DNA of 64,000 nucleotides from Owenia fusiformis (Eukaryota): NCBI GenBank assembly GCA_903813345.2, contig CAIIXF020000001.1, positions 39,618,001 to 39,682,000 of the forward strand, read 5' to 3'. Shown piece by piece: positions 25,901 to 34,323 of this stretch (position 1 is its first letter; each line of letters starts with the position of its first letter). The notes under the pieces were generated by a model. It saw only the letters and a program-made list of their open reading frames with translations, ran no database searches and was not told where the DNA came from. The position numbers and the translations under genes were made by a program.

Positions 25901-28900
25901 ACTGTTATCCATCCAATCACTGAAATATTTCTGAAAATGACCGATAGATATCGAGGATTGTCATTTTACTATGTTGTACCCTAAACGAACCCACACCCAT
26001 CACATAGGTATTATGTAGTTTTTATAATATTATCATTAGTTACCAAATTACATGACAACCTTTGTGTTAATGGTTTTTATACATTGAGCTTTTATGTACC
26101 ATATTATTTTGATATAAATATTAGGGGGAGGGGGTGCTTTTGACTTCGGTAAAAAGCATAACTTGCTTCATCAGTAATTGCATTGTTACAAAAATAGTTT
26201 TTACTGTAAATTGCAGAAGCTTGAGATTGCCCACCTGTTAAACGAACTACAGTTTACAATTTTTAAAATTTGATTCATTCACTCATTTCACTTTTACTAT
26301 CAGGCCTTTTTTTTTTATTTATCATGTTTTATTTTAATACAATAATATATGTAAAAAGAAAATTTCCAAAAAGGCGACTTTGTTTAACATTATAAGTCGC
26401 AGGGTTAATTATAAAATTTTATTTCAAAAAACAATCCAATTGGTGAAGCAAATTGGTGAATAAATTAAGCATAGAAGGTTTGATAATTGCTGCTAACACT
26501 CAGACACTTACACACTTCTGGAGAAAAGAGGCACTAGTTTCAAGAACAGTTATGTTTGTAGCGTAGTTAAGTTTTGAGCTGCCAAAAAGAAAGAAATTCA
26601 ATTTCTCTTGTTGGGTCTTAAAATTCTTTTTATATTGGATTTCAAGGTTATTTAGTTTAATTTCGAAGTCAGTTAGGAGGGTCCTACGGAGTCTGCAGTT
26701 AAAGATGACATGCTTGGATGTTTCACTTTTGAATCCACACTTACATTTTGGTGTATCAGCTAGAGTAAAGTTGTGGGCATGAAAATGAGATTGAAAAACC
26801 AAGTCGACTCTAGTCCTATTAAGACTGATTTCCTCTGGTCTAGGTAAATGCAATGAGGTAGATGATATGATAGGTTCTGGATAAATGAGAAGAGTCAATT
26901 TAGATTTGAAAGTACTTAAATTGTCTATCTCTTGGAGTTGTTGGGGTAGTTTGTTCCATTCTGAGATAGCAGTAAAAATGCATGTTTTCTTTAATATCAC
27001 AGATCTTTTAGCGGGCAAGACAAATTCAGTTGGATTTCTCAAATAGAGAGGAGGTTGTTGTCTCTTATATTTATCAAATATGTTTTGAACATATGAAGGA
27101 ACTTTCTGATTTTGGACATTGAACATGAGGGTTAGTCGATGAAACTTCCTCCTCATCTCTAGTTTAGGCCAATTTAGAATATTGAGCACCTTTTCAGAAG
27201 ATGACCCATGAATAGTTCCACTACAAATCAGAGCTGCCTTGTAGTAGAGTTGGTCAATGCGTTTTAATTTGGAAATATCTGCACATCCATAGAGGATGTC
27301 GCAGAAATCAAAATGTGGTAAGATAAAAGATTTGAACATAAGATTTAGATGGTTTCCACTAAGTTTTTTACTTAATGCTTTAAGTGGATTTAAAAGCTTA
27401 TCAATTTTCTTTGCAAGATGAGTAATGTGGAAATTGAAAGATAATTTAGAGTCAAGGATAAAGCCAAGGTGTTTATGCGAAGCACACCTAGGTATGGATT
27501 CAGTTCCCAATTTTAGGTCAGGGGTTATTATTTCATTCTTTTTTGGACTACTAAATGTCAGATCATCACTTTTAGAGGGTTTGAATTTTAATTGCCATTT
27601 ATCAGACCAATTGTTTATAGAATTTAGATCAGATTGGAGGGTGTTTATACATTCAGGCATATTATCATGGCTGAAGGGCTGATAAAGAGAAGTGTCATCT
27701 GCATACAGAAAACACTTGCTTAAAATATCATCAGGTAAATCGTTTATGTAAACTAAGAATAGCAGAGGTCCTAAGATGGACCCCTGGGGAACTCCCGAAT
27801 TGATATAGTCGCTGGCTGACCATGGAGATTCGTGACCGTCAATAAGCACTCTTACTTTTCGATTGGTAAGATAAGATTCAATAAGTAGCATTATATTTGG
27901 ACCAAAACCGTATGCATGTAGCTTCTTAAGTAATAGCTTATGGGGTAAAGTATCGAAGGCGGCCGATATATCAAGAAAGACTGCACGAACATCATTACCA
28001 TTATCCATATTAGAAGTTAAGAAATCAAGAATACTTAGTAGTTGGTGTTGTGTACTGTGACCTGGGAGAAATCCACTTTGAAAATTAAATAGAAGATTGT
28101 TTGTTAGCAAATGGTCAAACATCCTTTTAAAAATAACTCTCTCGGCTACCTTTGAAAGGCAGCTTAATAGAGTTATTGGACGGTAATTAGAAACAAGATT
28201 TTTGTCACTTTTTTTATGGCATGGGATAATATTCCCAAGTTTCCAGGAATTAGGAAATTTTCTCATTTCAAACATCTTATTGAGAAATTTTGAAAATAAT
28301 TTTGATAAAGATGGAGCTGCTAACTTGAGCATTTTATTACTTAGTTTGTCAGGACCTAAAGCTTTGCTAACATCGAGTGATAAAAGAATTTCATAAATCT
28401 CTCTGTCATTTGTTGAAAGGATATTTAAAAAAGAATCAGTTCTAAGGTCAAATTGAACACTGTCTGTATCTACGTTATGATCAGAATGAAAATTTTTGAT
28501 GAAATGGTCAAGAAATAAATTAGCCTTTTCTGTGCTGGTGAGTATAGAAGAGCCGTTTTGGTTGGTCAAAATAGGAATCCTAACAACTTTAGTTTTGAAT
28601 AAAAGTTTAGATATGACCGACCAGTAAGACTTGCTGCCATATTTAAGGGAGTTTAATTTCTCATACATGTGTGATTCAAACTCAAGTTTGGCCTTTGTTA
28701 TTTCCTCGTCAACAATATCACACTGGTCAATGTACTTTTGATAGCGTTCTTGATTGTTGTTGTGGCGGTATTTGAAATGTAGACGATTCCGTTTATTAAT
28801 TAGTGTTTTAATGTGAGGCTTGAACCATGGTTTATCATTGCTCCGGACCTTTATAAGTTTATTTGGAATGGTATTAGTAAATATTTGGTAGAGTTGGTTA

Positions 28901-31900
28901 GTAAATTGATCACATAACATGTCCATATCATATGAATTTTCAATAAGTTGATCAAGTTTTGAATTTCTAATTGAGTCGTTGATATTTTGAACATCAGCCT
29001 CGGAATATGACCAAATTCTACGGAAATATGGCAGTTCCTTTACTGTACCAATAAATGAGGTACAGACTAGAGTGCTGTGGTCAGTATTTCCGATTGGAGG
29101 TGTAACATTTGAAGAGGATATAAGATTTGGTTGATTAGTAATAAGAAGATCAATGCAGGATTGGCTTCTATTTGTGACGCGAGTTGGTTGGTCAATTAAC
29201 TGCGAAAAACCCAGACTTTGGAGATGGTTATTAAGCTCATTTCCAGAAAGGTTTTCATTGTCAGCATCCCACCAAATTTTGTTACGAGCATTAAAATCCC
29301 CATTAATGACAAGCAGGTCAGCATTGGCATTAGTCAAAATGTTGGAGCAGGTATCATAAAATCTTTTAAAATATGCTTTGTACTGTTGAGTATCTTGGGA
29401 AGGGGAACGGTAAAAAACTCCATATATAATGCTCTTGTGGTGGAGCTTAAGTTCAATAAATAAGGCATCTCCCTCAGCATTAACAAAATCATGTCGAGCT
29501 ATAATAGGGATTTCTTCAGATATATAGATAAGTAAGCCACGATTTTTAGCCGAGTAAATTGGAGGATGGAAATTAGGAATGGAAAAACGATTGGTAATTT
29601 CATCTTGGGTAAAGGTTCCGACTTCACAGAGACCTACAACTTGGCAATCTTCTGTTAAGATACGTGTTTTAAGAGCATCAAACCGAGCGCCAAATTGAGC
29701 ACTGATGCTATTTATGTTGGAGAACAAAAATTTTACAGTTGACCAGTTATGAGGTCCAGGATGTGATTCTATGTCGCCACTTAAAATAAGTAAGGATTCA
29801 ATGGTGTTGGGTATATAGCAAAGTTGAGGAGTAAAAACAATGATAAGAAGCACAAATGAAGTGATAACATATATCATATTACGCAAACTATATGAAGTTG
29901 CACTACATGCAACTTGGACATAATTGATAATACTTAAGACTAGGAAGCCCATAATATTTATATAAACAATAAACACAGTTATGAGTACTAAGGAAATCAT
30001 ATGCGGTGAGAGATTAAGCAATAAACCATTGACCGTTGTAAGGAGCAATAGTAATCCAGTCAATAGTTGAAAGAGTACTTGAAGCATTTGGCATTTACTA
30101 GGTTTGGGAGAGTCAAGTAATTTATTTGTACTGCAGATACTACTGAATAGACCAATGGCTCTACGCCAAGATTGAGTATCTATGCCCATTGCCTTATTAA
30201 GGACAGGGTGCATGTTGGGAAATTTTCTGCATTCCTCAATTGAGTCACATGTTATTTTTCAAAGAAGAATAACTCCTTCCCCACTTTGTCTACATCTTCC
30301 AGGTTTGCACAAAGAGTGCACTTATGTGCCTAGAAAAGCCTTGTGAGAAGATTTGTTTTGTAAAATCTATAAAAAACGAAAAAATTCAGTGAAAAAAATT
30401 TCTGAAAATTTTCTGAATCTTTTCACTGAATTTTCTTGTTTTTTATACATTTTTTCAAAACATTCTTCTCACAAGTCTTTTCTAGGCACATAAGAGCACT
30501 CTTTGTGCACAACTGGAAGATATAGACAATATGGGGAAGGAGTGATTCTTGTTTGAAAAATAACATGTGACTCAATTGAGGAATGCAGAAAATTTCCCAT
30601 CATGCACCCTGACCTTAAGCAGTTAGCATAAGAGAAATATACAAAAAAAAAAAAAAAAAAAAAAATCAGGTTGAGGTATGGAAAGATGAGTACATACGCT
30701 ACATTCTTCTATGTAAGTTTCATGAGGAAGAGGTAAACAAAGTGTGTAAGTGCCAAAGTGAATGAACCTTTATTAAGACTATGACAAGTTTTTAACCTGT
30801 TAAATAATAGATGGCAACTAAGTTGCTATCTTGCAAGTGGTTCAGAGTCTGGCAGCAATAAAATAAGAAAGGACCAGTGTGTTTCACCAAGGAGGATTAT
30901 TGGCTTGGTTTGCAAGGGAAAAACCTTTGTGAATGGGTCACAAAGTTTGTAAGTTGGTTCAACAAACAAAAGGAACTGGTGTGAAAACAAATTAAGGTTT
31001 TCAGGATCACACTGTGATTACAACAAAAATTAGTGTATGAGTGTTTATAAACATTGGCACTGAGTCAACTTTGAGAAGAAAAGGTAACATGTACTTATAC
31101 ATGTTATAGTATTTGTATACTGACACAATTAACCCTTTGGGTTGAAAGTTCAGAAAAGAGATGAAATATCATCTGTAATGTCAACCTGTTTTCTTTGATC
31201 AGATATATGTCCAATTGCCCAGATTTTACCATTGTAGGCCCATGCGTCCTTAACATTAGTTGCTTGTTTCAGGCGCCACAGGAGATTCTTGTTCAATGGG
31301 GAGAGACTTTCATGTAGAGACACTCCTGTAGATTTAAGGGACTTGCGTGTCCGGATTAGATGGTCACGAAGTTTACGGCTTCTAAATCGCACAATTATTG
31401 GCCTCGGTTTCCCATCTTTGCCTTTAATCCTATGAGCCACATCAATATCATCTTCGGTGACGATGGTGTTTGGCATAATGGTGCTCAGCTTTGTAGATAC
31501 AGCTTTAATGCAATCTTCATTTCGCTCATTAGTGTCATTTATACCATGGACAATGAGTTGGTCCTTACGAGAGTACTGATTGTTCTTGTTAATGTCACTT
31601 TTCATGTTGTTTAAATCACCTTTCAAGTTGGACACTTCAGCATTCAGTGATTGGACATCTTCTCTTAGCTTTGTGTTCTCAGCTTTGAGGGCATCAATGC
31701 TGGTTTTGAATAAAGTTTCCATTGCGCTGATGATATCGGCTTTGAGTGATGTCAAATCAGCTTTTGTTACGACTTCATCAGGTATATCAGGTTCAGCTTC
31801 AGCAGATGTACTTTTAGTAGTGTTCCTATTCTTAGGCGGCATGGTCAGCGAAGGGTTAATACAGTGATAAAATGGCAAGTCCAGAAATCAAATATGTAAA

Positions 31901-32663
31901 TCCGTAATTTATAGCTCAAAGATTTCATATATGTCCAGAAATATCGTGTATAATCCAGCATATAATGTTCATAAATATGGTTGGCCAGGTAATTTAGTGT
32001 AAATCCATCAAATAATCGCAAATAGTTGCAAAAACTTCACAGCCTTCCTTCTACTGTGTTTCCACTTAGGCAGCCATATTATCCATACTATCAGGCCTAA
32101 GCATTGGGCTAATATAAAAGCAACAACTTTTTTTGTTTTTTGAGAGATTATTAGTAAACCATGGATATTTAAAAATTCCATGCTTTATAAATTCCTGATC
32201 CAATCAAACCCAAATCGTCTTTAAAGGAAACTGATCCATTCGATTTTTTCCAAAAAGGTTATATTGGGGACCGTCGTATCATTAAGCTTGCAATGTTTTT
32301 ACAACCTAAACGTGAACGGAAAATATTTAAGCGATGCATTTATATGGGTGATTGGTCATACGTATAGGTTGGCGTTTCGATTTTATATATGCAAGCTTAA
32401 ACTCCCTAATATCAGATTAAAATTGCAATATCGTAAGTTGTTTCGGGATCCTAGTATTACGATCCTATTCACAACCCTGCCATCTATTTCTTATGTTTTT
32501 CACTAAAAGCTGCGGAAGACTTTCTGGTTTCTGTCAAAACGAAGCTGAAGCACGAGACTGGTTGAATTTTGCTGATAACAACATATATAACATACTGGTG
32601 GAGGTGTACACCAACAATCGTCCTGAACTTCAAGGAGAGTTGGCAGTTTGTACCTCATCGTAG
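13977..32663 (+). CDS. Secreted HEXXH zinc metalloprotease, anthrax lethal factor/PPEP-1 (ATLF)-like; 7 exons, 318 aa
   Basis: Hand-assembled exons 13977-14025, 14119-14191, 23606-23771, 24135-24288, 25277-25488, 25746-25894, 32510-32663. All introns are GT..AG with consistent phases (1,2,0,1,0,2); total 957 nt ending in TAG. Hydrophobic N-terminus MFPVNDIIFIIGIFIIGSLGAP, NVLSHEFAHTYH (HEFAH at 25432-25446), YAMSNELEYFAEA (25800 onward), C-terminal ARDWLNFADNNIYNILVEVY. Confidence 0.85.
14270..14818. repeat. Purine-rich 91-bp tandem repeat (left block)
   Basis: Unit ggatggttgatactgtgatgatgggaggatgaacgagtggtcttatgggaggttgctactgtgatgataggagaatgagagggtggtttat; copies at 14511 and 14602, built from two ~45-bp subunits. 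Confidence 0.9.
14819..16100. repeat. ~125-165-bp tandem satellite rich in TGACCT/AGGTCA
   Basis: About 9 copies; anchor aaaatcatctac at ~14861, 15028, 15178, 15314, 15452, 15595, 15750, 15876, 16011. Confidence 0.92.
16135..16440. repeat. Purine-rich 91-bp tandem repeat (right block)
   Basis: Same unit as 14270-14818; copies at 16136, 16227, 16318. Confidence 0.9.
17310..18030. repeat. GC-rich degenerate minisatellite (ggggccact / atgctttt)
   Basis: Repeated ggggccac..gatgcttttt units of ~20-33 bp; a second block at 21945-22300 has the same orientation. Confidence 0.85.
18810..19019 (+). mobile_element. 5'-truncated LINE ORF2 C-terminal relic (CR1/L2-like)
   Basis: Translates to ...GKYSIRKTGSDLWNTLPHKITHFYTLSTFKKNLKLHLLNN*, the typical LWNxLP..FKxxLK tail also seen in the intact ORF2 (EWNKLP..STFKSKL). 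Confidence 0.65.
20196..20472 (+). mobile_element. tRNA-derived SINE
   Basis: A-box TGGCTCAGTGG (~20206), B-box GGTTCGATTCC (~20254), ~200-bp body, (AAT)n/(AAC)n tail; possible short TSD AACAGT. Confidence 0.75.
20655..21335. repeat. Two diverged ~230-bp direct repeats (period ~457 bp)
   Basis: aaccatttac..tgtctaggagcaaaat..ttttctgaaaag..gaatcaatatt at 20655-20890 and 21112-21335. Confidence 0.7.
21945..22300. repeat. GC-rich degenerate minisatellite, second block
   Basis: Same ggggccact/atgctttt motif as 17310-18030. Confidence 0.8.
26500..30189 (-). CDS. LINE ORF2: hydrophobic leader, 2A-like peptide, APE endonuclease, reverse transcriptase, C-terminal Cys/His knuckle
   Basis: Open frame of 1237 aa from 30213; the likely start is MGIDTQSWRRAIGLF at 30189. 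APE motifs (NINS, GVFYRSP, GDFNAR, SCIDL, TDH), RT motifs (NYRPITLL, FLDISAAFD, GVPQGSILGP, YADD at ~27694-27705, HKHLG), CKCG..ETSKHVIFNC. Confidence 0.95.
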   Translation of the reverse strand: MGIDTQSWRRAIGLFSSICSTNKLLDSPKPSKCQMLQVLFQLLTGLLLLLTTVNGLLLNLSPHMISLVLITVFIVYINIMGFLVLSIINYVQVACSATSYSLRNMIYVITSFVLLIIVFTPQLCYIPNTIESLLILSGDIESHPGPHNWSTVKFLFSNINSISAQFGARFDALKTRILTEDCQVVGLCEVGTFTQDEITNRFSIPNFHPPIYSAKNRGLLIYISEEIPIIARHDFVNAEGDALFIELKLHHKSIIYGVFYRSPSQDTQQYKAYFKRFYDTCSNILTNANADLLVINGDFNARNKIWWDADNENLSGNELNNHLQSLGFSQLIDQPTRVTNRSQSCIDLLITNQPNLISSSNVTPPIGNTDHSTLVCTSFIGTVKELPYFRRIWSYSEADVQNINDSIRNSKLDQLIENSYDMDMLCDQFTNQLYQIFTNTIPNKLIKVRSNDKPWFKPHIKTLINKRNRLHFKYRHNNNQERYQKYIDQCDIVDEEITKAKLEFESHMYEKLNSLKYGSKSYWSVISKLLFKTKVVRIPILTNQNGSSILTSTEKANLFLDHFIKNFHSDHNVDTDSVQFDLRTDSFLNILSTNDREIYEILLSLDVSKALGPDKLSNKMLKLAAPSLSKLFSKFLNKMFEMRKFPNSWKLGNIIPCHKKSDKNLVSNYRPITLLSCLSKVAERVIFKRMFDHLLTNNLLFNFQSGFLPGHSTQHQLLSILDFLTSNMDNGNDVRAVFLDISAAFDTLPHKLLLKKLHAYGFGPNIMLLIESYLTNRKVRVLIDGHESPWSASDYINSGVPQGSILGPLLFLVYINDLPDDILSKCFLYADDTSLYQPFSHDNMPECINTLQSDLNSINNWSDKWQLKFKPSKSDDLTFSSPKKNEIITPDLKLGTESIPRCASHKHLGFILDSKLSFNFHITHLAKKIDKLLNPLKALSKKLSGNHLNLMFKSFILPHFDFCDILYGCADISKLKRIDQLYYKAALICSGTIHGSSSEKVLNILNWPKLEMRRKFHRLTLMFNVQNQKVPSYVQNIFDKYKRQQPPLYLRNPTEFVLPAKRSVILKKTCIFTAISEWNKLPQQLQEIDNLSTFKSKLTLLIYPEPIISSTSLHLPRPEEISLNRTRVDLVFQSHFHAHNFTLADTPKCKCGFKSETSKHVIFNCRLRRTLLTDFEIKLNNLEIQYKKNFKTQQEKLNFFLFGSSKLNYATNITVLETSASFLQKCVSV
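30201..30614. repeat. 414-bp near-perfect palindrome flanked by TTAA (Kolobok-like MITE or intrinsic inter-ORF hairpin)
   Basis: ttaa|GGACAGGGTGCATG ... CATGCACCCTGACC|ttaa; ~200-bp arms pair throughout around a centre near 30405. Confidence 0.85.
31150..31842 (-). CDS. LINE ORF1 (coiled coil plus RRM-like RNA-binding domain), ~230 aa
   Basis: MPPKNRN start, heptad leucine repeat (LKAENTKLREDVQSLNAEVSNL), NQYSRKDQLIVHGI, IDVAHR, RPIIVRF, ESLSP, AWAYNGKIW, typical of invertebrate LINE ORF1. Confidence 0.9.
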   Translation of the reverse strand: MPPKNRNTTKSTSAEAEPDIPDEVVTKADLTSLKADIISAMETLFKTSIDALKAENTKLREDVQSLNAEVSNLKGDLNNMKSDINKNNQYSRKDQLIVHGINDTNERNEDCIKAVSTKLSTIMPNTIVTEDDIDVAHRIKGKDGKPRPIIVRFRSRKLRDHLIRTRKSLKSTGVSLHESLSPLNKNLLWRLKQATNVKDAWAYNGKIWAIGHISDQRKQVDITDDISSLF

Positions 32664-33472
32664 CGATGTCTTGTCTGAAAATTGAATAAGATGTTACATT
32701 TTACGGACATTTAAGACAAATTAAATGTTGATTCGTTAATGAAAACACAGAATGAAATCCTGTGCTAAAGGCTGATATGTTATGATTATGTATTTTAATA
32801 GAAAATTAAAAATCTAGTTAAATTAAAAATTCAAATATGCAATCAAATGGATAAAATGTTGGTCCTTATAATGATTTCAACGGGATTTCAAAGATATACT
32901 ATAGTATAGCGAACCCTCCATTCAGTAAATTGTTAAGTTTATATTAATTTTGTAGTCCATTGTGTTCTTGCATTCAAATACCAAATCTATGATAGCAGTT
33001 TGATAATGTCCCCGATTTTGTTGTCGCCTTTCAATCAGATACTCTTTATTGCATTAGCTTTTAAGAACATGTTCTTTGCAATACATTTTATAAAATTATA
33101 TAAACACGAGGAGTGTGCATATTTGATCGATAAAGTGGAATATTCATGTGTTTATTTCTTTTGAAAGAAATACCCCAATGCGATTAAATGGAATATTCAC
33201 GCGTCAATTCTAATTTAATGGAATACCCCAGGAATATCCATGTGTCAATTTTAATCAAAATGAATACCCTAATGACTAAATATAAGCTACGCACATTTGA
33301 ATCAATTACGTTCGGTGAATTTATGGTATATTTTAGAAGAGGGATACATCCACTTTTAGGCCAATCCGTGTCATACAATTTGGTGATACCGAAGTCAGGC
33401 TTTGTTGCGTTAGTATATTTAGAGAACGATTCAACATTTGTGGTATTTAGCCTCATTGTTATCTCAAACATA

Positions 33473-33650
33473 CAGGGTGTGCTAGAACTCATTAGAACTT
33501 TTTGAGAGAAATATAAGGCATCTTTCTACTTTGTTACAGGCCCAGGCATATAACTTTTATATACTACAAAAAAAACAATATTAGAAATACAACGGCTTGC
33601 GTCAACATTTGTTAAGTTTTACACAACAGTCAAAAATACGGGACACCCTG
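33473..33650. mobile_element. Short Tc1/mariner-type MITE
   Basis: ta|CAGGGTGT ... ACACCCTG|ta termini with TA TSD. Confidence 0.5.
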
Positions 33651-34323
33651 TATAATCACATTGTCTATTTACAATCTACATTGTGTAATGTTCTAAGGCC
33701 CACGTACGCAGGAAGGATATACTGATCTGACAATTGTTTTAATTTGTCCTTGTTCAGAAACAGAGCAGATGGTAACATAATTATTGTGTCCAATGAAGAA
33801 AATTCATATTCAATAAAGAAACGCTGCTGATAACACCTTATTTATTTCGAGAAATCTAAAAGTCTATTGTATTTACTCCGCAGGGATTTTAATAACTTGA
33901 ACTAGAAATTAATTAAAAATGATGATAACAGTAGATGAGTCAAGCCTGTTCCTTGCTACCCTTAGATAAAGTATCCTCAACAACAGTTGTTCATTTTTCC
34001 GGATGTTTTTAATCAATTTTACAAACGAAGATAAAACGTGATTGATATCATATGTAATAAACATTCGTGCGATAATTATTGTATCTCTGTGCGTTTTATT
34101 GTTTAACTAATTGATAATGTTAGTTATTTGAATTTTATTACTTTTTGGTATAGCAGATATAAAACTAATTGATGGAACAATGTTACATGCATTAGCTTAA
34201 AGCACTGACAATGAAAGATGCTGTATCTGTATACAATAACTATATAACTGATGATTGAACCTGATGATTGAACGATTTATCTATTTATCGTTGCACACAA
34301 CTCTCAGGATATAGTTGGACAAT

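Larger units (their letters stand above)
26308..32085 (-). mobile_element. Full-length non-LTR retrotransposon (CR1 group, L2/Crack-like), antisense in intron 6 of the metalloprotease gene
   Basis: 13-bp TSD TACTATCAGGCCT at 26295-26307 and 32086-32098. Poly(A) tail reads as a T-run at ~26307-26316 on +. Two intact ORFs. The 5' end carries a YY1-like AATATGGCTGCC. Confidence 0.95.
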
